This document shows positions 1 to 13,002 of a DNA stretch of 64,000 bases, piece after piece. Source of the DNA: Octopus vulgaris (Eukaryota); NCBI GenBank assembly GCA_951406725.2, contig OX597822.1, forward strand, positions 22,196,001 through 22,260,000, read 5' to 3'. How positions within the stretch are numbered: the first letter of the stretch is position 1; each line of letters begins with the position of its first letter. The notes beneath the pieces are model-generated. The model was not told the DNA's origin. It was given only the letters and a program-made list of their open reading frames with translations, and made no database searches. The position numbers and the translations under genes are program-made.

Positions 1-441
1 GATACCTCTGTAATTATTTGTATCTAGGGCATCACCTTTACCTTTGTAGCAGTTGACTAGTATGCTGCTGCACCAGTCATTGGGTATGACTCCTTCGTGT
101 ATCACCTGGTTGACTATACGGGTGACTAGGTTATAGCCGACACTGCCAGATATTTTGAGCATCTCTGCAGTAATTCCTGATGGGCCTGGGGCTTTCCTTG
201 TCTTCATGCTTCTAATTGCCTTAGCTACCACGGAACTATCAACTCAGATAGCTGGTCCCTCTGTTGGGTCAACATTCGGCAGACTCTCTTTATCCCATTC
301 ATTTTCTTTATTCAGCAACCTTTCATAGTGGCATCTCCAAACCTCTCTCTTTGCATCCTCATTTAGCGCAAGTGAACCATCATCCATGCGAACACACTTC
401 TCTCCTACCACATCACGATTCTCTCTCACACACTGTCTTGC
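1..441 (-). mobile_element. RTE-clade LINE ORF fragment (linker into start of RT), degraded
   Basis: Minus-strand translation ...EVWRCHYERLLNKENEWD...*VDSSVVAKAIRSMKTRKAPGPSGITAEMLK...IPNDWCSSILVNCYKGKGDALDTNNYRGI, typical of non-LTR RT N-terminal motifs. Contains an in-frame stop and runs off the window edge. Confidence 0.85.
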
Positions 442-478
442 ATATATAAATATATATATACACACATAATACATGCAT

Positions 479-515
<37 letters not shown>

Positions 516-795
516 CATATATCAATCTACCTTCTATCTACCTAAATATACATATACATGCCTACACATTAACCTATTCACTCATCTGCCTAACTAAGTC
601 CTTACTCATCTACACACAAATTTGCCTACCCACCTATGTTATCATCTACCTACCACTCTACTTACTTACCAATACCAGTGGTAGTTAGATAAAGAGATAG
701 GTAGGTGATTACGTAGGTAGGTGGGTAATTTTGTAGATGGATAGTTTAGGAGTTAGAGTGATAGGTAAGTGAATAGATTGATTTATATGTAGGTA

Positions 796-1702
796 CTAGG
801 TGGCATCAAAACGTTCCCAGACTAGTTCTGTAGCACACCAACAGATGACAGCTCATTCTTGCAGAGTGAGAGGTAACAGTGACCTTCATGAGGCAATGTT
901 CCAGTGATATCACTGTGTCTACATCACAACTTGTGAAATTTATGTTTCTGTGATCACATGTATGGTGTAGTGTACAATATTTGCCGTGGACAGAAAGTTG
1001 GAACAAAGAGCCAACATGAAATTTTGCGTAAAACACAGGAAGTCTGCTACAGAGACATTAAGTATGCTTCAGCAAGGTTATAGTGATGAGGCAATGATTG
1101 AGTTGTATGCAATGTTTCAAGTAACACAGGTGCTTCAAAATGGAAGAAAGTCCCTGGAAGACAATGAGCAATCCCGAAGGCCTCCCATGAGTGTTGCCTC
1201 TGGAAACGTAGGGAAAATTCTTCAGTTTGTGCATGAAGATTGTCAGTGGATAATCAACAATGTTTTAAAGTGTTTGAGTGGGGACGGTTGACAAAATCAA
1301 TGAGATCTGTGGAGCATGACGAATTGGATTCTTCACATCTATGCACCCTGTCACCAAGCTTTCCTCACTTGTGAGTTTTTCACCAAAAACTGTATGGTAT
1401 CACTTCTGCAGCCACCCTATTCGCCAGATTTAGCTCCTGTATACTTCCATCTCTTTCCCAAGATGAAAAGGCAGCTCAATGGTCAGCATTATAACATTGT
1501 CGAAATCAAGAACGAATTGCAGAATGTTCTTGACTTGCTTACAGAAAACAACTTCCAGGTCAGATTCCAAAACTGGCAGCAACACTAGGACTGGTGTATT
1601 GCTGCCAAGGTGAGTATTTCAAAGGAGATGATGTTAAAACTTAGGTAAATAAGTTATTTCTTATTAAGCTTTAAAGTCTGGGCACTTTCTGGTACCACCT
1701 CG
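796..1702 (+). mobile_element. Internally deleted mariner transposon with transposase pseudogene
   Basis: About 28-bp imperfect TIRs (ctaggtggcatcaaaacgttcccagact / agtctgggcactttctggtaccacctcg), TA on the left. HTH region 'EQRANMKFCVK...SATETLSML' and 'QPPYSPDLAP' motif, with stops and frameshifts. Confidence 0.9.
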
Positions 1703-1781
1703 CAGGTAGGTTATTGGGTACACAGGTGGGTAGGTTGGTGGTTACATAGGTTAGTAAGCAGGTAGCTAGGTGTTTGTGGAT

Positions 1782-1906
1782 GTGGGTACATGGATAGCTA
1801 GAATGTTTGGGGAGGTGGGTACATGGATAGCTAGAGTGTTTGGGGAGGTGGGTACATGGATAGCTAGAGTGTTTGGGGAGGTGGGTACATGGATAGCTAG
1901 AGTGTT
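1782..1906 (+). repeat. 33-bp G-rich minisatellite, about 3.8 copies
   Basis: Unit gtgggtacatggatagctagagtgtttggggag repeated almost perfectly. Confidence 0.9.
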
Positions 1907-2399
1907 CGTTAGATAGATTGGTGGGTAGGTTAGTAAGTTACTAGCTAGGAAGATAGATAGATAGACAGATAGGTAGGTACATTATTTCATTATTTAGTTT
2001 TTGACTAGATTATTAAATACAGATTTTAGTATGAAATATCCCTGTATGTAGAACCATATTTAATATTTATAATCTGTCAATATGCTACCAGCATATTTAG
2101 CCTTGCAGCAAAACTGTAATATTTCAGACTAAACCAAAGTCAAAGATATCAAATCTATTCTCAAGATTTCATGAAGTTAAGATTCATTCTTGCTGATTGC
2201 AGCATATAGCTTATTTCCACTTAACAATATTCTTTTAAATTACCCAGTTATTGAATACGTTTCCACTAACATTCTATGTTGATGCAGTCATGGCCTTGTG
2301 GTTAAGCAGCTATGTGATTTCATGATTTCAGGTTCAGTTTCCCTGCATGACATCTTAGGCAAGTGTCTTGTACTATAAACACAGAAATTGTGTAAAAAG

Positions 2400-2665
2400 C
2401 TGATCATATATGGTCAGCTTGATTACCTCCCTTTCCTTCAACCTTTTCTTTCTAACATTTTTTCTAATCATTTGCCATGCTTGACCGCTAAATCTACAAG
2501 TTTTTTTCATTCTCTCTCTGTTTATTTTCTCTTATTCCTTTGTATTGAAGAGGATAGTCTTGAAACATAAAAGACCTTTTCATTTTCCCGTGCATCAAAC
2601 TAATACACCTGCTTGTTGTTCATACACCTATCTTTGTCCTTTGCTTTTCTTTAAATTTCAATTAT
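2400..2665 (+). mobile_element. Short non-autonomous Penelope-like repeat carrying a hammerhead-like motif (degenerate copy)
   Basis: Homologous to the reverse complement of 42700-42866 (gaagag..tag....gaaac.taaaagac...ctaatacacctgcttgtt). Confidence 0.5.
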
Positions 2666-2712
2666 ATGTATATATATATATATGTGTGTGTGTGTATATT
2701 TTATATTTATAG

Positions 2713-2876
2713 CCAACAGAGCCAGATTTCCCAGTGGCAACAGTAATGGATACTTGGACAAAGCAAAAAGGACATCCCCTTGTAACATTAAAACTTAAGG
2801 GTACCACAGTTACAGCTACTCAGGAAATATTTCTTCATAGCGCAAATATTTCTCATCTGAAACCTTCACCATACAA
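2713..2876 (+). CDS. Internal coding exon of an M1-family aminopeptidase (glutamyl aminopeptidase/aminopeptidase N-like)
   Basis: AG acceptor at 2711-2712, GTAAGT donor at 2877. Translates PTEPDFPVATVMDTWTKQKGHPLVTLKLKGTTVTATQEIFLHSANISHLKPSPY, matching the M1 'MDTWTxQxG(Y/F)P' segment. Ends in phase 2 (AA), which joins the first T of the next exon to give Asn. Confidence 0.92.
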
Positions 2877-3122
2877 GTAAGTTCAACCGATCACTCTGTC
2901 TCATGTTCGTGATTATTTCTTCTAATGTTCAAACATTTTCCCATGAACTTTTGTTGATTTCCAATTTGTGTGTTGTGTCTATAGGAAAAAAAAAACTACA
3001 CCCGGTATTGTCTTAGTTGAGCTAGGAGCTCACACTTGCATAAACACACATGTGCATGCACACATGCATATATATAGATGCATATACACACCTGAATACA
3101 TACACATATTTAGATATACACA

Positions 3123-3164
<42 letters not shown>

Positions 3165-4865
3165 CACACATAAACATATAAACATACATTCAAGCATACA
3201 TACATACATGCTCATCACATTCACTCACACAGCCATACACACTCATCTATGCACAGTCATGCTCTCTCTCACACACACACACATGCTGTAAATTAAATGC
3301 TAACATTTTTGAGGCATGAAATTTTAATCAACTGCTGTTACATTCTGAGTGAGAAGAAAAAATTCATTGTTTTAATGACTAATTCTTTTCAAGGAAGGCA
3401 TGGAAGATAACTGTGATTTAAATTCATCATAATCTAATACAGAATGCAGTGGAAAGTGGGTGAGTCTGATCTTCGGCAGTATATGTGACAGCCTCAGACA
3501 TGTTCCTGTTGTGTGTGAGTTCATTGGCAAGGCTTAGTTTAACTATATTGCCTTACCTTAGAATGACTAGAGGAGACATAGAATGTTTGTGAATGAAAAT
3601 TGAATGTGGATACAATATTTTTGTTTATATATTATGACTTTATTTCAATAAAAGTGTGTGGTTGAGTATCTAGGGTTTTGGACTCACAATGATAGAGGCA
3701 TTGGCTTGATAGTGGGTTTAGGTGGCATGTAAAGGTTTCGGTCAATGTACGGAGAAATCAAGAAATCATAGGGAGGTGAAGATTCAATGGTCTTTTGAGG
3801 GCTTGACTACCTCTCAAGGGATGGTGCCATGATAAAATGTGCCTAGTATACTTTAAGTAGCAAGCTGTAGGAAGAACATCCAGCCACATAAATCATGCCA
3901 AAAATGGAAGGTATAGGGCACAGATGGTCCTTACCTATTTCACAGGGCACTAAGAATTGACCCAGCTTTATTATTGTCCATTCAGTTTGAATATAAAGCT
4001 GATGTTAATGATTATGATAATGATTGTAAATCGTAGATCAGTAGGTAGGTTGGTGTTTACAAATATGAGTAGGCTGGTGGTTATTTAGGTAAGTAAGCAG
4101 GTTGATAGGTATGTTGATTTTAGTGATGATGGGTAAATGGATAGGTAGGGAGTTAGATTAGCAGATAGGTAAATGGATTGGTCTGTATGTATATATGTAG
4201 GTAGGCTGGTAGGTAGGTTAGTAAGTAAGTAGACTTTGTGTGAGTTTGAGGGCACATTTAAATGTAAAGCAGAATTAAACCAAAACCACAAATCTTTTAA
4301 AATAAATAGAATTCAAAATTATTAGCAGCATTTAAGGTGGGTCAAGAAGAGAAAGAAATGTTCCCAAGTTGAGTGTTGCTTAAAAAAAAAGAGAGAGATT
4401 TATTAGGATAGCACATTCTTTAAATTTTCTCACATGATATCAATATTGGCAGAAAAATGTCCAAGAACTATTAATCACTCATGAGAAATATAGAGCTGCA
4501 ATATTCAAAGTAAATATTTTAGGTTTATCGCAATGGTTATTGGATTAAAACCCTCTAGACCAGAGTCTGAAACAAAGCAAGGGTGAAAAAAGTGATTATA
4601 AGAGAAATCGTGTTTAATCCAAAAACTACATTCCACAGTAATATCCAAATTTCAGAAGAGAACTGGTGCAAGAACAGTTTAAAGTCTCAAAACTTTTATG
4701 ATATTTGAACAATGCTCAGTCAGTTGCAGTAAGAACATTGTAAACAAATCTAAATTCTTATATTTTACCTATTTGCTAGTAAGAAGCCAAATTTATTTTA
4801 TTTAGATCTATAAACACACACGTGCGTGTGCATGCAGACAGACACACACACACACACACCTCACA

Positions 4866-4896
<31 letters not shown>

Positions 4897-5472
4897 AGGT
4901 AGCAGCAGCAGCAGCAGTAGCAGCAGACCATAATTTAGCTTAATGATATGTAATCAGTGTTCAATTGACTGAGATACTACTAACTTGTGAAATTAACATG
5001 TACATGACTGAGTATTCCACAGGCACATGTATCCTTAATACAATACTCAGGTGTGATCACCAAGACCTAAAGTGTGACAAGATTGTCCATTTGAATTACA
5101 GGTGGAATCCGTCCCTTCAGAATCTACACAGTTTCTGTCTACCCAGTTACACTCTCAAGTTATGGGCCAGCCCAAAGCTATGAAAAATTACATTTGCTCA
5201 AGATGGCATACAATAGAATTCAATCAGGGACTTTATAATTGCAAAGCAAACTTCCTAACCATTCGGCCATACTGCTCCTGATACACCTTCTATTGCTTAT
5301 AATTTATGTGTGTCTGTGTGTGTGTGTGTGTGATAAAATATATATATAATTCTTAATCTTGCTAAGTAGGTAAAATGTGATTTTCTGAGAAGGTCTGATA
5401 AGTTTGAAACATGTCTGTTACTTCTACCAGTTGACATTAAAGACCTGATTCACTCCACTCTCTGTATTGTAT

Positions 5473-5774
5473 GGAGGCACATGGCCTGGTGGTTAGAGCA
5501 GCAGACTCGCGGTCAAGGGATCGCGGGTTTGAATCTCAGACCGGGCGATGTGTGTGTTTATGAGTGAAACGCCTAAGCTCCACTCGACTGCGGCAGAAGG
5601 TAATGGTGAACTTCTGCTGAGTCTTTTGCCACAACTTCCTCTCACCCTTTCCTCCTGCACCTTGCAGCTCACCTGTGATGGACCGGCGTCCCGTCCAGGT
5701 GGGGAACCTATACGCCAAGGAAACCGGGAAACTGGCCCTTATGAGCCAGGCATGGCTCGAGAAGGAACAAACTT
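5473..5774 (+). mobile_element. tRNA-derived SINE (family B head) with target-site duplication
   Basis: tRNA-like head with A box (tggcctggtgg) and B box (ggtttgaatc). Flanked by tgtattgtat (5463-5472) and tgtattgtct (5775-5784). Confidence 0.85.
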
Positions 5775-6144
5775 TGTATTGTCTATATTGTTCAAATATT
5801 TTGATTGACTGATCTTATCAAAGCTGTCAGCTTGGTTTTAGATTCTAGATACCATTTGGAAGAGTTTCTTGGAGGATCTTAGCTGTCTTACATTACCAGA
5901 CACATTTTACCACATTGTCCAAGATTTCATTAATCTGCCACAAAATGTTCCCATTTGTCTCAGTCTTGTCCCATCCATGATAGCTAGCATCCTGAAATTT
6001 GACTTCACTGTCTTTCTCCCATGCCTTCCTTTATTATTATCTGTTATAGTAGCTTCCACTGTCAGAGCACATCCTTTTCCTTGTTGTATTTAACCTCTAT
6101 TCCTATAAAATATTCATTCCTATGCGAAATATGTATCATGGAAT

Positions 6145-6657
6145 TGAAGGCTTCTGATAACTGTGGCGTATCTCCTTCTCCCATTGCAATTATTTCTGTA
6201 GTCTTAAGGATCTGGAACTCAAAGAAGATGCTTACAAACAGAGTGCAATTCAATAATTGTTTATTTTAGTTCTTGTTCGTGTGACTCATTCTCAGTAACC
6301 ATCTTTATGGTAGTGTGTGGTCCGTTATAGCTCTGCTCATGTGAGGTTCATTACCTCAGGAGATAACAGGTGAAGTTAGAGCAGGATAAGAATCCGCTGT
6401 GAGCTGCCAGCTTGCAGTGTTTCTTGCAGGTGAGAAGGAAGAAAAAGAGTGAATGTCTTAATTCTCCTGCTTTTATAGTCATTACCGAAGAGAGTCTCAC
6501 TGCCGTCTCGTGCATGGCAAATGGTTGCAGGCGAGATCTTGCTCCTGTGTCGGACATGGTAATGGCAACCGGCAAGATCTCGTACAAAATGGAGCCGGCT
6601 TCTTGTGCCTTGCTTCATATGTATTGCCCTAAATGAAGCAACGAAGTGGTCACAACA
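6145..6657 (-). mobile_element. Candidate solo LTR
   Basis: GC/CpG-richer island. The minus strand starts TGTTG and has a TATAAAA box followed by AATAAA. Possible CA end at 6145 with an imperfect flanking repeat GGAAT/GGAAA; left boundary uncertain. Confidence 0.4.
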
Positions 6658-8070
6658 GGAAAAATCCTTGCTCATAAGTCTACTGGTTCAGACTTGACAT
6701 GAAACTAAACATAAAATGGGATTACCCAACCCATTGCTCACCATACTGAATGTATCAGTTAAATCTTCTACAATAAACTCCCTCCCATCTTACTGTGAGG
6801 GCTACAATATCTACGACTGGAAAACAGATAAGATTTCTAAGGTTATCTTAAACTTATATATGCCTGAATGTGTCAAGTGATGGATATGTTGTTTCATTTC
6901 AAAAAGTCACAGTTATGCTATTGGATCGTTATAGAGCTACTCAACAACAGTAACAAGAACAAACAGTTTTATTCAGTGATTTTATAGTTTTATAGCAAGG
7001 AAATCAGATTTTGAATATGTCATGCAAACAAGCCAAAATGCTTTAGAGGAAGTCAGTGTGTGACAGGTTAGGTAGATTTAAAGAAAGTTCTATTGTGATT
7101 GATTTCTTTCTGTTTAAGCTACTGTCATTTTTATTAAGCTAAGTACAAAAACACATTTTCCTGCTGAAGCAAAGCAGTAGCACCGTCTGTGATTAAGTTT
7201 ATTCAAATTCCTGGGAAGCCATTATAATTAACTTGGTTTTTTTCCTCACACTTTTGTAAATATTTCCTGCTTTCTGACAGCCTATCAAATTATTTTCCTG
7301 CTTTACTGCCTCTACTATCAGTATTGTTACTACAACAGCACCACGACCTAACACTACAACAACAATAATAACGACCATGAGTTCCACAAACCAAAACAGA
7401 TCAATTTGAAGAGCATGTCACATGCAAGAAACTTCTCAAAATTATTGTCATTAAAACTTTCCGATGAAAATACTTGACACAAATCATTCAGTAATCTCCA
7501 TTGTGTGTGCGTGAATTGGTGACACTTCTGTGTGTGTGTGTGTATGTGTATTGGTTTATTGATCTGTATGTATTTCTGCACATCAATAATGTGCCTCTTA
7601 TATGTCTAGATATGCATGTGTACTTCAGGACGTGTTTACATGCATTTTTGGTGGTAAATGCTTATTTGTGTAGATATATACAATTCTATTTATTTATTAT
7701 GAAATCTGAAACAAAAACGTTGTGTGTGTGTGTGATAAAGAGAGAGAGAGAGAGAGAGAGAATGTGTGTGTATAAGAGACATACCATTTTAACAAATATA
7801 AGTTAAGAATATTTATAGCTTTGAGAACTGTATATGTGTGTGTGTGTGTGTATACAAACTCACACACAAACATTTACACAAACTTGTTTGTTAATTTATG
7901 TATGTTCATATGCTTGTGTATATATGTATATTGGTAAGTGATTATGTGATTATGTGTGTTTATATCAATCCTATTCAATAAAATCTTTATCAATTTGTGC
8001 AGTTTTTATTATTTTTACTATTTTTTTTTCTCTTGTCTATTAGTTTCGAAAACAATTCTTCTATTTCCAG

Positions 8071-8153
8071 TTATAAATGGTACATTCCATTAACTTACGT
8101 AACATCGATGAAACCAAATTCCTCAGAAACAGTATGGTTAAATATGACATCAA
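8071..8153 (+). CDS. Internal coding exon of the same M1 aminopeptidase
   Basis: Pyrimidine tract plus CAG acceptor ending at 8070, GTAAGT donor at 8154. Translates (N)YKWYIPLTYVTSMKPNSSETVWLNMTS, the M1 'YxWxIP(L/I)TY' motif. Phases fit both neighbouring exons. Confidence 0.92.
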
Positions 8154-9251
8154 GTAAGTAGCTTATCATTTTATATCAATCTATTGACTTTTTACCAGAT
8201 GAAATTGGAGATAACAAAGCTAGAGTTTTGGGAATTAGAATTTTCCTGTAACCCAAGCAATGTTTTAAATTTAAAATAAAATACATAGTAAGATAATAAT
8301 ATAAATATATGTAATAAAATCATAATTTTTAATCATTAATAAAATAACAATTTCATAATTTTTTTATCTTTAATCTTTTATGTAACATAAAGTGGAAGTG
8401 GTATTAAAATGCCATGATTTACATCTCTTATACTGAAATTACATCATAGAAGAGCCATTTCAACCATGTAAGAACTCAGAAAAACTGTTATATAATACAG
8501 TCAACTGTATAGAAGTGTGGAGAATTTCTGTTGTCCTTGCATAATTTGGTCACTAGACACTAAACTATGCAGTGTAATTGCATCAGTGACCATGCTATAG
8601 TAGGGTAACAAATCATTTTAAGCACTTTATAATAAAGAGTATTTTTAAAAACTTAACGTTTAGTAAAATATAAGTTTCTGTATGTTTTAAAATGGCTAAA
8701 AATATTTTTCTGCAGTCTATTATCTGTTTCAGTACAGTGTTTCAGATAGTCAATTACTAAACATATAGAGCTCTGAAGTCGTTTATATAAAATGATGAGA
8801 CTAGAAAAAGTTCTGGACAAGGAATATTTTATGAGTTTTGGGGCTATTGTTTTCTATAACTTAAGTAGTTTCTCATTGCTTACACAAGAACCCCAAGAAA
8901 ATAGTCTAAGCTTAGTAGGAAAATACTCCTCCAGCTGTACAATTAACTGCTTACATTAATTAACTGTGCATTTCTATATGTGATTAATTTGACTTTAAAA
9001 GTGAGAGGTAAATGCTATTGGCAGATCAACATAACTGTTATCATCGTCATTGTCATCATCTTCATCATCTTCATCATCACGGAGATGCTAGTTGTTTGTG
9101 TTTGTATTGGTGGATTTCATGCATCCACTGATGAGACAGCAAGTGTTGTTCAATACTAAGTCAAGTTTTTTGGTATGGATCGATCTCTCCCAGCTAGGGC
9201 ATACTCCACAGAAGAATAGTTTGAGGCCATTGCAGTAGATCTTAATGTGTA

Positions 9252-9380
9252 CAGTAATCCCTCAACTACTGCAGGTGTTATGTTCCGAAACCACCCGTGA
9301 TAGGTGAAAATTTGCAAAGTAGAAAGAGTACTGTACTGTATATTTTTTTTTTATTTTTATAATTTGTATATATTTATTTT
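9252..9380 (+). mobile_element. Tigger/pogo-like DNA transposon terminal fragment
   Basis: Starts TA|CAGTAATCCCTC..., resembling pogo/Tigger termini. No partner TIR seen. Confidence 0.4.
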
Positions 9381-9444
9381 ATTATGGCAGTGAAAATAAT
9401 GCCTTTGTGTTTCAAATATAAATCATGGAAACACAATGACATAA

Positions 9445-9645
9445 TTCTTTCTACTGAAGGCAAAATGCCCCAAAATTTAGATAAGTGGGGCCTAGTTAAT
9501 TGCATCAACCCCAGTTACTTATTTTATCAACCCTAAAATGATGAAATGCAAAGTTAGCCTTGATGGAATTTGAACTCAGAGCATAAAGCAAGAGGAAATG
9601 CTTCTAAGCACTTTTCCCAGTGTGATAATGATCCTGCCAGCTCTC
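9445..9645 (-). mobile_element. tRNA-derived SINE family D, degenerate
   Basis: Homologous to 52895-53100 and to the reverse complement of 26075-26290 (gaatttgaactcaga...ctaagca...ctgccagctc). Confidence 0.7.
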
Positions 9646-10795
9646 TACTTCAAAAGTGTGGTATAATAAAAAAGAAAATAGTATGAGATGAGAAATATTT
9701 TGAAATGTTCCGATAACTGTAGGAAAAAAAATAAAGTAAAAGAAAAATTAAATAGCAGACAGTAGTGAAATCAATAATGACAAGTCCCTCAGGTGCAAAC
9801 CACAGTGACACAAAGCAAGACTGCTGCTAGTGGTTGCTGATATGAAACTGGAGAACATACTATGCACTAGCTGGAGATATATTAAACAAATGTCATTTTT
9901 TCCTTTAAACTTCTTTTGTAATGTAATCAGAAGAAAATGGAAATATTCGGAATCCTTGGAGGCACCCATACGACTGAAAGATTAGTTTAAGATTGTAAAG
10001 TAGGTGTTACTTTTATTAAATATGTTAATATTAAGTGAAATGTAGTTTCTTACACAAGAAACATTTCTGAATTATTTTATCTTTAAACAATTCAATTTTC
10101 TTTCTGCATACAAAAGTAAAGCTTCATATATTTTACTTAGTGATTCTTTAGCCATGACATCAGCAAGTATGGGATGGTTGGAATTTGCTGATGAGGTCAG
10201 AATAATACCAAAACATATCTAGTTAATCTCCAGAACTTAGCAAGACTTAGACTTAAGTCTGTCATGATACCTAGGTTTCCATTGCATAAAAGTGACTGAG
10301 TTTACAACTCCCTTCTCTATACCAAATGCTGGTCCACTGCAGGGAACTTGGAAGAGAAATGAAAATAGACAATAATAATAATCATGGCCAATATAATTTT
10401 TTGTTTTTACTATATATTTATTTCTTGATTAAATATTTAAAGCTACTGCTTTACATAAGTTAATGCTGTTTTACTCAAAGACTGAAACATTGAATAGCTT
10501 TGATTATATCTAGACTTTGACTGACGTGTAGCAAACAGCTGAAATACATTACCGAATCAATCAGAAAGCATCTGTTTGTTTGATGATGATGTCATATAAA
10601 GACTGGTTTTCATGTAATTCAGAGCTGCTAAAATATTCAAAGTCATCTACCAAATTTCTTAGTAGACCAGTCTATGGTTGTTTTCACAAATGCTTATCAT
10701 CTTCAGTCTCTCTCTTGGATTTGCTATTAATAAATATATTCTTTTCCTACATCCACTACATGGGATCTAGTGAATTTTAAAATTTCAATAAAATT

Positions 10796-10908
10796 CTTCA
10801 GCTGGGTTTGGTCTAATAACTGCCTTCAGCTATAATTAGCTTAACAATTACCTTCAGCTGTGATAGGTCTAGCAACTGCTTTCAGTTGTGATTGATCAAA
10901 CAAATGCC
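10796..10908 (+). repeat. Degenerate 28-bp tandem repeat, about 4 copies
   Basis: Unit approximately cttcagctgtgattggtctaacaactgc. Confidence 0.75.
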
Positions 10909-11740
10909 TGAGAAACTTGTCTGCATATCAACCTTTGATAATCCTTTTATCTCTTAGATTATAAGTTTTAGTTAGATAACACTGTTGTATATTGGTAGAT
11001 CATACTTTTATGTACATACTGTTAATTAAGTTGTTGTACCTGGGATTCATTATATATCTAATTTTGCGCTTCTTCTGTAGACTGACAACCAACTGGCTGT
11101 TATATTTAATGAAGCATTCTTATACAAATGACATTGCAGCCCACCTCTCCCTAACCTTCAAGTCTCCTTCTTTCCACACATGCAACTGAAATGTCTCTTA
11201 TCAGACATGTATGAATTTTGTGAACCAAGAACTCAATAACATCCAACAATATAATAATGCCATTCTGCTGCTTTGAACCACTTCAATATACATATCAAGA
11301 AAGCTGGCAAAAACAATTTCAAAAAATTCATAGCTAACTCCTTCACTCACTTTACTAATGTTTTGCCTTACAATATCTGATGCCTTACTATGAAGACAAC
11401 ACATTATTTTGATTGACAAGACTACATCCCAAACATTGGGATTTCTTTTTAAATGTAGGAAATCATTCAGTTCTAACCAGAAAATACTTCGGGCTCCCAA
11501 CAACTGTTAACCTACTACAAAAGCTATGGTGAAGCTCCCAATGAACTGCTGTCCAACTTCTGAAACAATACTTCTACACACATAGAAATCCTAGATCATA
11601 TTCAAAGAAAGAGCACTCAACTGATTATCATAAAATCTTTCACAAAAGCACTCACTGCCAGTGAAACAGCATGGGTTGCCAGTGTCTGGGCAAGGCAAGA
11701 TTCATGGGAAATACATGCTATTTTTTATTTATTATTACTA

Positions 11741-12148
11741 CTCTTTTTTACTCTTTTACTTGTTTCAGTCATTTGACTGTGGCCATGCTGGAGCACTGCC
11801 TTTAGTCGGGCAAATCGACCCTAAGACTTATTCTTTGTAAGCCTAGTACTTATTCTATCAGTCCCTTTTGCTGAACTGTTAAGTTACAGGGACGTAGACA
11901 CACCAGAATCGGTTTTCAAGCGATGTTGGGGGGAGGGGAGACAAACACAGACACACAAACACACACATATATATACATATACACACGATGGGCTTCTTTC
12001 AGTTTCTGTCTATCAAATCTACTCACAAGGCTTTGGTTGGCCCGAAGCTATAGTAGAAGACACTTGCCCAAGGTGCCACACAGTGGGAATAAACCCAGAA
12101 CTATGTGGTTGGTAAGAATGCTACTTACCACAAAGCTACTCCTGCGCC
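11741..12148 (-). mobile_element. tRNA-derived SINE family A (CORE-like), full length
   Basis: Reverse complement of 57728-58125: tRNA head, 'accttgggcaagtg' core, internal microsatellite, (gtaaaaga)n tail. Confidence 0.9.
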
Positions 12149-12939
12149 TATACTACTATTTCAGTTTTTCTTTTGAAATTTGTGCCCAGGCAGTCACCAA
12201 TGTTACTCCCACTTATACCATAGATTGCTCACTGCAATCTATGGAATAATTAATATTCCCAACAGATAGCATCCTTTCTACTTCTAACCATTGACAGTGG
12301 AACCTTCCGATGTTATCCAGGCAGACTTATGTATCTCAGAGTTATGTATCTTGTTCACAGACAGAACACAATAACTGCAACTATAATCCAAGAGATGTAA
12401 GATAAATGGAGTCCAATAAGCAGAAAACATTTCCAAGATTAGGATTTTTATTAAATTTTCAAATCCAAGAGAGCACTACTGAAAGATGTGGGGAAAGAAG
12501 TCTTTATTAATAATCCAAAGGAGAGAGACCCAGCCTATAATCTATATCATCTATGATCATTTGTAAAAACAGAAAACCATAAATTTTATCTACCATGAGG
12601 TTTTGTAAATGACCTTAGATTTCAGCATCCTTGAACAAGTATGTATCTTCAATATAAAAAAATAAAATGATGAAGCAAAACACATTGTGGCAACCAAATA
12701 AATAATACTGTTGATTTTATTTGCAATTGTTTAACCGTCATCATTGCTGTCATCATCAATAGCAATATTTCAAATTGCCTTGTGTCTTTAGAAATTATAT
12801 TTATTTCAAAACTCCAATTTTGTTCCAGAATGAAAAAAAGAAAGATTAGTTTAGTTTACTCTCTCTCTCTCTCTCTCTTTCTCTCTCCCTATATTTTCCT
12901 GTATATGTGTGTGTGTGTATGTATATATGTGAATGTGTG

Positions 12940-13002
<63 letters not shown>

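Noticed and set aside
6062-6253. ORF with a faint Penelope RT-like look (FFEFQ...IAMG)
   Set aside because: No YxDD or other decisive motif, and it overlaps the LTR-like candidate; cannot be supported.
10796-10908. Regularly spaced repeats resembling a CRISPR array
   Set aside because: Eukaryotic context; the units are contiguous diverged tandem copies without unique spacers or cas genes.
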